Of a stretch of DNA of 64,000 nt, positions 55,964 to 64,000 are shown in pieces. Position numbers and translations under genes: made by a program. Location: contig JAIELV010000001.1 of assembly GCA_019752595.1 (NCBI GenBank), forward strand, positions 120,486-184,485, given 5' to 3'. This DNA is from Patescibacteria group bacterium (GTDB taxonomy: Bacteria; Patescibacteriota; Minisyncoccia; Phycocordibacterales; Phycocordibacteraceae). The notes beneath the pieces were generated by a model. It searched no databases and was not told where the DNA came from. It worked only from the letters and a program-made list of their open reading frames with translations. Positions within the stretch are counted from its first letter, which is position 1. Each line of letters opens with the position of its first letter.

Positions 55964-55991
55964 CTAGTCTTTCTTCCCAAGGGGGTTTTTC

Positions 55992-56237
55992 TTATTGCCC
56001 TCGTACCATTGGATTCGCTGGTCGGCCTAAGTTAATTAAATTCTCTACTGAAACTCCCTTTTTTCCAAATATTGGGAAATTTACAAGTGTCACAGTCCCG
56101 TCAGGTTTGAAATGTGAAATAGACCACTCCGCCCCTTCATAAAAAACACCGTCAAACTGCCGAAAGGCGCGTATGCCATTCGCACGAACACCGCCGACCG
56201 CAAGAGCGGACTGGGAAAGGAGTTCTTTTTTCAACAT
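55992..56237 (-). CDS. Hypothetical protein downstream of rpmA
   Basis: 81 aa from internal Met; no domain. Confidence 0.3.
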   Translation of the reverse strand: MLKKELLSQSALAVGGVRANGIRAFRQFDGVFYEGAEWSISHFKPDGTVTLVNFPIFGKKGVSVENLINLGRPANPMVRGQ

Positions 56238-56241
56238 AGGC

Positions 56242-56514
56242 CTACTTAACTTCGACCTTTTGGCGTTTAACGGTAGAACCGTCAAACTTTGTCTTTCGTG
56301 AAAGGCGGTATGAAACTACACCATCTGAAGAAGCGTACAGAGTGTGGTCGCGACCTGTGCGGACGCCCTTTCCTGCCATATAGCGCGTACCGCGCTGGCG
56401 GACAATGATATTTCCTTTCTTAGCTTTCTCGCCTGCGTAGAGCTTAATGCCCAAATACTGTGCATTCGAGTCTGTTAGGTTTTTCGCGGAACCCGCGGCC
56501 TTTTTTGTTGCCAT
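56242..56514 (-). CDS. rpmA: 50S ribosomal protein L27
   Basis: MATKKAAGSAKNLTDSNAQYLGIKLYAGE...RQRGTRYMAGKGVRTGRDHTLYA. Confidence 0.9.
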   Translation of the reverse strand: MATKKAAGSAKNLTDSNAQYLGIKLYAGEKAKKGNIIVRQRGTRYMAGKGVRTGRDHTLYASSDGVVSYRLSRKTKFDGSTVKRQKVEVK

Positions 56515-56534
56515 GCGGGGTATACTATCACAGG

Positions 56535-56720
56535 ATGTTGGCTCAAATCAAGAGTTTTCTGGGCGCCCACAAAGACAGGCTGTACGTGATCGCGGTCCTT
56601 ATCCTAGTCGCCCTCATTTCTTTTGGCCTGGGGCGCCTTTCTGTTTTTTACGGCGAAAGAGGTGAATTTAAGGTGGTATATCCCGAAGCGGGGGCAGGAG
56701 AGCAGGGTACTATGCCGTAA
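56535..56720 (+). CDS. Small single-TM protein
   Basis: 61 aa from internal Met. Confidence 0.3.
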   Translation: MLAQIKSFLGAHKDRLYVIAVLILVALISFGLGRLSVFYGERGEFKVVYPEAGAGEQGTMP

Positions 56721-56723
56721 GTT

Positions 56724-57320
56724 ATGATCGCGCTTGATGTAGAAACAACAGGGGTTTCGCCCAGAAAGCACGGCATTCTTTCGATAGGGGCCGTCGACAT
56801 TTCAAATCCTGAACACCGCTTTTATGCAGAATGCAGGGTGTGGGATGGCGCGCATATGTCCGACGAAGCGTTTACGATTAACGGCTTTACCCGAGAACAG
56901 GCTACTGACCTCGCTAAACAGACCGAGAAAGAAGCTATCGAGGCATTCGTGGCATGGGCGGGCAGTATTCGCGATTGGACCATCGTCGGGCAAAATCCTT
57001 CCTTCGATCGCGATTTTCTTATTGAAGCGTGCGACAGAGCCGACATGCAATTTCCGTTCGCGCACCGCACATTAGACACGCACACGTTGGCGTACATGCA
57101 CATGGTGAAGCGAGGAATTACTCCACCGTTTGATGAAAAGAAAAAGCACACCACGCTCTCTTTAGACGGTGTTTTACAGTACTGCGGAGTGCCAGGGGAG
57201 CCGAAACCACACAATGCTCTGACAGGCGCGCTCTGCCACGCGGAAGTGGCGGCGCGCCTGTTATTTGATGCTCCGCTTCTCAAAGAATTTGCACAATACC
57301 CTGTGCCCTGGAAAAGCTAA
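56724..57320 (+). CDS. DEDDh 3'-5' exonuclease (DnaQ/epsilon-like)
   Basis: ALDVETTG (Exo I), QNPSFDRDFL (Exo II), HNALTGALCHAEV (Exo III with His). Confidence 0.75.
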   Translation: MIALDVETTGVSPRKHGILSIGAVDISNPEHRFYAECRVWDGAHMSDEAFTINGFTREQATDLAKQTEKEAIEAFVAWAGSIRDWTIVGQNPSFDRDFLIEACDRADMQFPFAHRTLDTHTLAYMHMVKRGITPPFDEKKKHTTLSLDGVLQYCGVPGEPKPHNALTGALCHAEVAARLLFDAPLLKEFAQYPVPWKS

Positions 57321-57402
57321 GTAATCCAGAAGCCAGGTCGTTACAGGTGATTGCAGGTGATTCAGGTGGTGCAGATAGATACAAAGGTAGATAAAAACCG
57401 CA

Positions 57403-57440
57403 CCCAATAGCTGATATGATATATCATATCAGCTATTGGG
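57403..57440. promoter_or_regulatory. 38-nt perfect palindrome sharing core CTGATATGATATATCATATCAG with 22165..22198
   Basis: cccaatagctgatatgatatatcatatcagctattggg; preceded by tandem caggtgatt repeats at 57343..57372. Confidence 0.5.
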
Positions 57441-57536
57441 TAATGGAAGAAGAGTTGATACGTGGTTAGTAAGGTCAGTAAAAAGTGGCGAGTGAAAAAG
57501 CGGAAAACTACCCAAAAATGGGGCGTGGTATAGTTT

Positions 57537-58268
57537 TTGAAAGACAAAAATATGGATAAAAAATACAGAATCATCAATCCTCCGAATGAGCACCGCATGG
57601 AAGGCGAGCTTCGCGTCTGTGATCCTGAAAAAACAGACCACACCAAAGACATCGAATCGTGGCGGATTTTCAAGATAATGGCGGAATTTGTTGAAGGCTT
57701 TGAAGTCCTCCGCAAGTACAGTTTGGCAGCCACCTTCTTCGGCTCTGCCCGCACGAAGCCCGACGACCAAATCTACAAAGACGCAGTGGAACTCTCAGCA
57801 AAGCTCGCCAAATCAGGCTTTGCTATTGTTTCAGGCGGAGCATCGGGCGTCATGGAGGCGGTTTCAAAAGGCGCGTTTGAGGCAGGTGGGCAATCCGTAG
57901 GCCTCAACATCCAGCTTCCGATGGAACAGCAAATAAACCCGTACCTCACCAAAGGGATGACCTTCAACTACTTCTTCACCCGTAAAGTTATGCTCTCGTT
58001 TGCTTCAGAGGTTTACATCTTCTTCCCAGGCGGGTACGGCACTTTGGACGAGTGTTTGGAGATACTAACCCTGGTTCAGACCAGGAAGATTAAGCGAGTA
58101 CCTATCATTCTCTACAACAAAGACTTCTGGGGCCCATTTATAGACCTTTTTGAGAAGCACCTCTTAGAGAAGTATCAAACAATAGGGAAGGACGACCTCA
58201 AGCTCTTCCAGGTAGTGGACTCCGTAGACGAGGCGTACGACGTAATCCTGGAAAGCGTCAACTGCTAA
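57537..58268 (+). CDS. LOG-family protein (TIGR00730; cytokinin riboside 5'-monophosphate phosphoribohydrolase-like)
   Basis: FGSARTKPDD...SGGASGVMEAVSKGA...FFPGGYGTLDE motifs. Confidence 0.8.
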   Translation: MKDKNMDKKYRIINPPNEHRMEGELRVCDPEKTDHTKDIESWRIFKIMAEFVEGFEVLRKYSLAATFFGSARTKPDDQIYKDAVELSAKLAKSGFAIVSGGASGVMEAVSKGAFEAGGQSVGLNIQLPMEQQINPYLTKGMTFNYFFTRKVMLSFASEVYIFFPGGYGTLDECLEILTLVQTRKIKRVPIILYNKDFWGPFIDLFEKHLLEKYQTIGKDDLKLFQVVDSVDEAYDVILESVNC

Positions 58269-58423
58269 TCCGAGGGCTCAAAAACCAGTTTTTATCGTTT
58301 TTGCCTTTAAGCATTTTATGGCTCTACAGAGCCATACAACTGCAAATTTAGCGGTGTAAAGGATTGACAAAGTGCAATCCAACTGCTATGCTACTTACGT
58401 AGCTGGCTTTTGGGCCGGCTTTT

Positions 58424-58852
58424 TTGTTGCCCGAACAATGTCGGGCAATTGCATTAAAGCTTATGATAATTCCGCTTATCTTTATCCTCGCGAGCGCATT
58501 CAGTGCCCCGCAGGATATATCCGCCTTGCAGACTGAGGACATAAAAAATCCTGAGACCCTCGGGGCGTACGTTCGGGAGTATTACAAAGAAACTCCAGTT
58601 CTCGCAAACATTGCTTGGTGCGAATCCCGCATGAGGCACGTAGGCAAGGACGGGGAAATATTCCGCGGCGTAGTGAATGACAAAGACATTGGCGTGATGC
58701 AGATCAATACCCGCTTCCACGAAGCAACCGCAACGGACATGGGTATCGACCTCTACTCGCTTCAGGGAAACCTTGAGTACGCAAAGTACCTCTATGAAAA
58801 AGAAGGTACCAAGCCCTGGAAGGCATCCAAGTCGTGCTGGGGAAACAAATAA
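58424..58852 (+). CDS. Secreted lysozyme-like / transglycosylase-like domain protein
   Basis: Signal peptide; WCESRMRH...GVMQIN resembles the SLT/lysozyme-like catalytic region. Confidence 0.5.
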   Translation: MLPEQCRAIALKLMIIPLIFILASAFSAPQDISALQTEDIKNPETLGAYVREYYKETPVLANIAWCESRMRHVGKDGEIFRGVVNDKDIGVMQINTRFHEATATDMGIDLYSLQGNLEYAKYLYEKEGTKPWKASKSCWGNK

Positions 58853-58864
58853 TTCTCGCATTTT

Positions 58865-58899
58865 AAAAACCCCGCCTGCTCAACGCAGGCGGGGTTTTT
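58865..58899 (+). terminator. Rho-independent terminator (family with 11695..11730)
   Basis: aaaaaccccgcctgctcaacgcaggcggggttttt. Confidence 0.7.
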
Positions 58900-58944
58900 C
58901 TATGGTGTTTTTGCGACTTAGGCGTATACTTCCTGGGTAAAAAT

Positions 58945-59310
58945 ATGGCACGCAGCATTCCAGGGTTTGGAGAGGAAGTACGATTTTCTAATAAAATTTT
59001 GCCCGCTTTCCTTCAGGGACTACGTGGCAAGCGTGTTGCAAAAACAGCCGAAGTTGTTGTACCAAAAGCAGTGCGCCATGAAGTGCGCGACATGGAAGAA
59101 TTTGAGGCAAAAGAAGAAATGATTTTGGCACGTCTCAAGGCAGAGCTAGGGGGTCAGACTCCCGTTTTGGACTATAGTGCCCCGCATCAGCAACACTACG
59201 TAGTTTTGGTGGAAAACGGTAGAGAAAATCGTTCGCGTGTTTTGTCACAAACGACAATTGCGTATGGGTATGCCAAAGACAGTGGCGCACCAGGAACTCT
59301 AGGAAAATAA
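58945..59310 (+). CDS. Hypothetical protein
   Basis: 121 aa; terminator 59310..59336 follows. Confidence 0.4.
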   Translation: MARSIPGFGEEVRFSNKILPAFLQGLRGKRVAKTAEVVVPKAVRHEVRDMEEFEAKEEMILARLKAELGGQTPVLDYSAPHQQHYVVLVENGRENRSRVLSQTTIAYGYAKDSGAPGTLGK

Positions 59311-59358
59311 AAAAGCCCCGACGTGGGGCTTTTTTGTTAGAAAGTGCAGGATTAAGAG

Positions 59359-59766
59359 TTACGCTTTTTTCTGCATCATTTCGTCTAAGGAATATTTTCC
59401 TGGGCCGTAGGCGGCAAGGAGAAGCATGCCACCCATGATGGACAGGTTCTTGAGGAACATCGTCATCTGCATTGGGTCGAGGAAATTGGTGTGGAAGTAG
59501 TAGGTCACTGGAATTAGGAACACAAAGAGCGCGAGTGCTGCCAGTTTTGTTTTCCAGCCGAGTGCAATCATCAGTCCGCCTCCAAGCTCTAGGACAATAG
59601 CAACAATGATAGCGAGGTCAGGGAAGGGAACACCGTTTGCCTCTGCGAAATCACTCATGACGGCAAAGCTCGAAATCTTTGCAAAACCAAGGATGATAAA
59701 TATAGCCGCAAGGAATATACGTCCCAAAAGTGAGAGCCAGGGGCCTTTCGTTGTCATATCCATCAT
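59359..59766 (-). CDS. DoxX-family membrane protein
   Basis: 135 aa, 4 TM, FLAAIFIILGFAKI...pattern. Confidence 0.65.
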   Translation of the reverse strand: MMDMTTKGPWLSLLGRIFLAAIFIILGFAKISSFAVMSDFAEANGVPFPDLAIIVAIVLELGGGLMIALGWKTKLAALALFVFLIPVTYYFHTNFLDPMQMTMFLKNLSIMGGMLLLAAYGPGKYSLDEMMQKKA

Positions 59767-59895
59767 AAAAATCTTTATGTAATTAACTTACTAGGCTTTG
59801 TAACCTAAGCATTATACCGAACGGATAGGGCTTTTGTGGTCGATAAAATGCTATTTGACAAAAAGAATATAATGTAGTATTATACTAAAAAATAT

Positions 59896-61041
59896 ATGGC
59901 TGAAGGATCTGTAGTAGAACATCCGATGATGGCAGAGGGCGCAACGCCAGAAGCTTTGGCAGAAGCAGAGCGTAGAGAAAAGGCGCGCCGAGAAATGGTG
60001 GCTCGCGTTGACGCGTCTGTAGTTGTAGTGCGTTCATGGAACACAATTGTCGAAAAAGACCCTGAAGATTTGGATGGTCCACCGCAGAAAGTCAAACTGC
60101 CAGAAAGTAGAGGCAGTGCGTTTTTCGTGCGTCCCGACGGTTATCTGATGACCAACAAGCACTGTACGCAAGGCGAAACAATAACTGTTCTTTTTTCTTC
60201 AGGTAAAGAGGTTAATGCGCGCGTTGTCTATAAAGACAGACACCGAGACATCGCGATCCTAAAAGTTGATGGTATTGAAACCACGCCGCTGCCTTTGGCA
60301 GATTCAGACGAGCTACATCGCCTTGATCCTTTGTGGTTGATTGGTGCACCAGCAGGTATGGAGGGTAATACCGTCGCAGGAGTGGTATCTAATCTCCCGT
60401 CTTCGATTGGAGACAGAACTCCTTTACAGATCGAAGACTTTGCACAATTTTTACACGAAGCTCAGCAAAACCCGCACGATACAAGTAAACATTTTGATGG
60501 TTTTATACGCACTGATGCAGACATGCATGGTGGAAATTCAGGTGGCCCCATGCTGAACTACAGAGGAGAAGTCATAGGTATTAACGCAATGATACGTCCT
60601 ACTGAAGGCGGCTCAATTGGTATGGCAATTCCTGTAAACGAAGTAAAGGCGATGATTGAACATCCAGAATTGTTTGCAGAAGTTTCGCAGACAATAGACG
60701 ATGTTGTAGCCGCAAAGGCAGAGTATGATTTGCGCCTCAGTGAAACATTTGACGCAGCACTTACCCTGACACAATTAGTATTTGAACAACTCGCTGATTC
60801 CGAAAAGGGTAAGGCAATCATACAGAAAGTCATGAGTGACCGCGGAATCAGACGTTTGTTCCAAGACATGCTTCGCCATCCTGCTACGAAGCGCGAGGTA
60901 TATGCAAAGAAATTCTTTGATCAGTTTGGGGTTAATCTCTATGAGCCAGGGTTACAAACAGAGACAGAGGTAGACGCTGTTTCAAATATAGATTTTGTTC
61001 CCGATGCTTCTGAAGAAGACAAAGCGCGTGATGCTGCGTAA
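59896..61041 (+). CDS. Trypsin-like (S1) serine peptidase with a C-terminal extension, no PDZ
   Basis: TNKHC (His), DIAILKV (Asp), GNSGGPMLN (Ser) catalytic triad order. Confidence 0.7.
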   Translation: MAEGSVVEHPMMAEGATPEALAEAERREKARREMVARVDASVVVVRSWNTIVEKDPEDLDGPPQKVKLPESRGSAFFVRPDGYLMTNKHCTQGETITVLFSSGKEVNARVVYKDRHRDIAILKVDGIETTPLPLADSDELHRLDPLWLIGAPAGMEGNTVAGVVSNLPSSIGDRTPLQIEDFAQFLHEAQQNPHDTSKHFDGFIRTDADMHGGNSGGPMLNYRGEVIGINAMIRPTEGGSIGMAIPVNEVKAMIEHPELFAEVSQTIDDVVAAKAEYDLRLSETFDAALTLTQLVFEQLADSEKGKAIIQKVMSDRGIRRLFQDMLRHPATKREVYAKKFFDQFGVNLYEPGLQTETEVDAVSNIDFVPDASEEDKARDAA

Positions 61042-61088
61042 ATCTGGTAATTTGACAAATTCATTCTGAAGTAGCATTTTATTCGGAT

Positions 61089-61478
61089 ATGGGAGGATGG
61101 GACAAAACACGAAGACTTGAGAAATTCAGCGGGCTTGCCCGTGCGAAGGGCCCTCTGCCTTTTAGGGCAGTAAAAGCGCCTGAAAGAGTGAGCCAAGCGT
61201 ATGAACGCGGTAGACAAGCACTTGAGAACGCCAATGTTGAAGATGGCTTTGTTGTTGAACTAACGCTCGTATCAAAAGCACCTCAATTCCGAAGAGATGG
61301 AATGAAAATTTCAGGAATCATGCGTATAAAACTTGACCTTGTTTCAGGTGAAATAGCCCAAGCAACGCTCGACGGTCAACAGGTTCATTTTGAAAAAATA
61401 CGAAGTGTACGGGTTTTAGTTGGACGCAAAGAAGCTCCACCGCAAGGCATTGTGGCAACTCAACGGACCGAAAATTAA
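61089..61478 (+). CDS. Hypothetical protein
   Basis: 129-aa ORF; no recognised domain. Confidence 0.4.
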   Translation: MGGWDKTRRLEKFSGLARAKGPLPFRAVKAPERVSQAYERGRQALENANVEDGFVVELTLVSKAPQFRRDGMKISGIMRIKLDLVSGEIAQATLDGQQVHFEKIRSVRVLVGRKEAPPQGIVATQRTEN

Positions 61479-61484
61479 ACTCTT

Positions 61485-61871
61485 TTAAAGAGAAGTCCTG
61501 ACAGGCTCTATAGATTGAACGCGAGAGGCAATGATCTTGCCTTTCGTGATTTTAAATGTTTCAGAAACGCGTGTGTCTTCCTCGTTTGCTACCGTGCGTA
61601 GGTATTCTAAAAACGCAGCGTCGTCGTCTGCGGTAATTGACGTGGGTTCGTAATGCAGAGTAGGAATGGCCAGGGCATCGGTAAACCACGTGCGGAGCTC
61701 GGCTTTGCCTTTGATAAGGCCCTTTGTTTCTGGTCGGCGTGTCAGCAGGCGTGGGCTAAAGTGCTCGGCTTCTTCCCAGTACAGCGCCAACAAACGCTCC
61801 AAAGCCTTTGTGTTAAAAGCCTCTACCCAGTGACGGGCAATGAATCTGTTTCGCCGTGCCGCTTCAAGCAT
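61485..61871 (-). CDS. SnoaL-like / NTF2-fold protein
   Basis: 128 aa; NRFIARHWVEAFNTKALERLLALYWEEAEHF typical of SnoaL_2. Confidence 0.55.
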   Translation of the reverse strand: MLEAARRNRFIARHWVEAFNTKALERLLALYWEEAEHFSPRLLTRRPETKGLIKGKAELRTWFTDALAIPTLHYEPTSITADDDAAFLEYLRTVANEEDTRVSETFKITKGKIIASRVQSIEPVRTSL

Positions 61872-62005
61872 TGGTGAATGCTATATCAACCTGAATCTTC
61901 CGCAAGGAGAATGTGTGTTTCTATAAAGCAGAGCTATCTAAGCTCTCTTTACCTAAAGGGTAGGCTACGGTAGCCCTCACAAGCAGGGTGCGTTATAATG
62001 TGTTC

Positions 62006-62137
62006 ATGAAAAGTATGGTTCGCAAAATCAACAAAACACTGCGTCCGAAGGCAGTGCGAACGCAGACTATCAAAAAAGGAGCGCAAGATTTTGCTGTGCG
62101 TTTTGAGAGCGTGATGAAGGATCTGGCAAATGGCTAG
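62006..62137 (+). CDS. 43-aa ORF overlapping the Doc start (candidate antitoxin)
   Basis: MKSMVRKINKTLRPKAVRTQTIKKGAQDFAVRFESVMKDLANG; stop TAG overlaps the Doc ATG (ATGGCTAG); TATAAT at ~61994. Confidence 0.4.
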   Translation: MKSMVRKINKTLRPKAVRTQTIKKGAQDFAVRFESVMKDLANG

Positions 62138-62552
62138 TTATTATTTTCCTACACAATCCGATTTTAAGCTCTTCTTTGAGGTTCTCCGCGACGGAGAATA
62201 TAAAATTAAAAAATATCTTCCGTCTATAGATGCGGATTGGTTTCGTATAGTGTCTGATTGCCTCGAATACGTTGAAGGGACAGCCAAGTACGAAGAGTGT
62301 TCTTTTCACGAGCTAGTTGCTCGGTTGCTCTACAAGGTTGTGAAGAGGCACGAACTCGGAGATGGTAATAAAAGGACCTCCGTTATCGTCACGTATCTTT
62401 TCTGTCTCGTAAACGGACATGCGGTGACTTCAGCGAAAGATTTAAAGGCACAAGCGAAACGTGCAGCAAGAAGTAAAGGAAGAGTCCAGGAGGATGCCTT
62501 GAAGAAAAAGATTGCTGAAACCTTAAAGGAGTTTGTAATACCCAGAGAGTAG
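62130..62552 (+). CDS. doc: Doc/Fic-family toxin (Doc-type motif)
   Basis: VKRHELGDGNKRTSVIV matches the Doc HxFx(D/N)GNKR motif. Confidence 0.65.
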   Translation: MASYYFPTQSDFKLFFEVLRDGEYKIKKYLPSIDADWFRIVSDCLEYVEGTAKYEECSFHELVARLLYKVVKRHELGDGNKRTSVIVTYLFCLVNGHAVTSAKDLKAQAKRAARSKGRVQEDALKKKIAETLKEFVIPRE

Positions 62553-62654
62553 AACAAGGAAGTCAATTATTTGGCATACAGTAAAACCTTTGCCTAAGGC
62601 TTTGATAAACACGTCTAACTTGCGCAAGACAGGGGAGAGGAGTATGGTATTCCC

Positions 62655-62906
62655 ATGTCAGACGTAAGGCCAGAGGGGGGATTAAAGCGACTTCATACAT
62701 TCGAGTTTGGAGGGGTAACCTTTAAACCTGGAGAGCAGGCACGGTTTGTGCTTGATGAAAGGGTGGGTGAAATAGTTTCTATTTTGGAAGAAACAGACGG
62801 AACAGGTAGAACAGAAATAGTGATTACTCTGCTAAATGAAGGCGAAGTCGACGATCAGCCGATTTCTAGTGTTTTGAGGATAGAAAAAACAGACAGAAAG
62901 GATTAA
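62655..62906 (+). CDS. Hypothetical acidic protein
   Basis: 83-aa ORF; no recognised domain. Confidence 0.35.
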   Translation: MSDVRPEGGLKRLHTFEFGGVTFKPGEQARFVLDERVGEIVSILEETDGTGRTEIVITLLNEGEVDDQPISSVLRIEKTDRKD

Positions 62907-62912
62907 AGGTAC

Positions 62913-63089
62913 ATGTCACAAGAGAAACGTAGACGCACAGTTGAGCGTGCAGAGTCCACTTTGGCTGGAGATTGGGGTGATGATGCAGAAAATGTTTCCG
63001 AGTGGGAAATAGACGAGAGCCTTATCGTGAAGCCAGAACCGTATGCTGACCCAGTTATTCAGGCTGAAAAATTGTGGAGAGATGAATAA
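62913..63089 (+). CDS. Hypothetical small acidic protein
   Basis: 58 aa, not in track. Confidence 0.25.
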   Translation: MSQEKRRRTVERAESTLAGDWGDDAENVSEWEIDESLIVKPEPYADPVIQAEKLWRDE

Positions 63090-63253
63090 GTGGATTTAAT
63101 CCTCGCAGCGCACCCCACAACTTGAGCAAGTAATAGTAATAGAGGAGCGCGTCTATTGATGCCGCGCTGTAGGAGAGCGTAAAAGTTAATTTTGTATCCC
63201 CACGAAAAATTCAATTTTTGGTCACCTAGGGCCTACAATGACCAAAAAGGGGT

Positions 63254-64000
63254 ATGAGAGGAAATGTACAGCAGGCAAAAGTTATTGATTTATTTTGTGG
63301 CATAGGAGGACTCACTCATGGCTTTGTCCGCAAAGGGTTTGATGTCGTCGCAGGAATTGATAATGACGGAGGGTGTGAGTATGGGTATAACGCTAATAAT
63401 CAAGGCGCTAAGTTTATAAAAAAGGACATTGCAGACGTCTCTGGGAAGGACCTAAAAAAACTTTACGGAAAAACGAGGATTCGAATTCTTGTAGGATGCG
63501 CGCCGTGTCAGCCGTTTTCAAAATTGAACCTGAATAGGGTTACAAAAAAACAACTTCAGCCGTTGCAAAAGTTTGCACAGTTGATTGAAGAGGTTCAACC
63601 TCACGTTGCCTCAATGGAGAATGTTCGAGGTTTAGTGAAAACAAAAATATTTAAAGAATTTCTGACCACTTTAGATGAAAATGGATATAAATATTCTTAT
63701 AAGATTGTTAATTTTGCAGATTACGGCGTTCCTCAGAATAGAAAGAGACTTGTGCTCTTAGCCTCAAAACTAGGCGACATCGCGTTAATCCCTCCAACTC
63801 ACAAGAATAAGAAAGTGACTGTGAGAGAAGTAATTGGCCATTTGAATGCAATCCAGGCTGGGCAGGTAGATGTGAATGACCCTCTTCACCGCGCTCGAAA
63901 ATTGAGTGAGTTAAACAAGCTGCGAATTCTTGCCACTCCAAAAAATGGCGGCAACTCTAGAAGCTGGAGTAAGGATCTTATGTTGGAGTGTCATCAGAAG
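63254..64000 (+). CDS. DNA (cytosine-5)-methyltransferase, 3'-truncated at window edge
   Basis: Motif I IDLFCGIGG, motif IV GCAPCQPFS, motif VI ENV, motif VIII QNRKR; RBS aaaaagggg; open to the window end. Confidence 0.8.
   Translation, partial: MRGNVQQAKVIDLFCGIGGLTHGFVRKGFDVVAGIDNDGGCEYGYNANNQGAKFIKKDIADVSGKDLKKLYGKTRIRILVGCAPCQPFSKLNLNRVTKKQLQPLQKFAQLIEEVQPHVASMENVRGLVKTKIFKEFLTTLDENGYKYSYKIVNFADYGVPQNRKRLVLLASKLGDIALIPPTHKNKKVTVREVIGHLNAIQAGQVDVNDPLHRARKLSELNKLRILATPKNGGNSRSWSKDLMLECHQK

Noticed and set aside
1-64000. CRISPR arrays and rRNA genes
   Set aside because: No regularly spaced direct repeats of 25-40 nt and no rRNA-like conserved stretches were seen anywhere in the window.

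Overview
This 64-kb window looks like a compact, gene-dense bacterial chromosome segment with a CPR/Patescibacteria-like flavour. Support for that: a class I LysRS, a reduced dcw cluster, many small secreted or hypothetical proteins, and a tRNA interrupted by a group I intron. No rRNA or CRISPR array was seen.

Housekeeping content:
- An ABC-F ATPase, TrhO, and a priA-def-fmt operon, with HPF and MurA nearby.
- Two MreB paralogs, the second followed by mreC-mreD-PBP2.
- HolB-like, Frr and RseP.
- A CsaA-like tRNA-binding protein followed by ProS, then GreA and class I LysRS.
- A dcw-type cluster mraZ-rsmH-ftsL-ftsI-murF ending at a tRNA-Glu.
- RmuC, GlmS, L21, RecR, a GIY-YIG protein, DnaB and CorA.
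- An S41 protease, L9, L27, a DEDDh exonuclease and a LOG protein.

Accessory or unusual content:
1. A tRNA (most likely Asn-GUU) split by a ~192-nt IC3-type group I intron. It sits at the edge of a 2.6-kb segment bounded by 107-bp inverted repeats that each contain the tRNA 3' end, with a third internal copy of the 13-nt core.
2. A Sec-signal, circularly permuted Hcp-like protein next to a SWIB protein, bracketed by two identical 36-nt terminators.
3. A T-box-like antiterminator element, with its own promoter, three direct repeats and a palindrome, upstream of small ORFs and the csaA-proS genes.
4. Two families of palindromic extended -10-like motifs, each found at several loci.
5. GTGGG MraZ-box repeats upstream of mraZ.
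6. A tRNA-Glu followed 165 bp later by an 18-nt direct repeat of its 3' end, and then a PIG-L / NAGPA-like / PIG-L-methyltransferase gene cluster.
7. A minimal stand-alone class III nucleotidyl cyclase, apparently co-transcribed with a membrane-fused spermidine-synthase-like protein.
8. A winged-helix regulator gene inserted at a ~55-bp duplication of the rplI start.
9. A Doc-family toxin with an overlapping 43-aa partner ORF.
10. An AT-rich end region carrying a partial C5 DNA methyltransferase.
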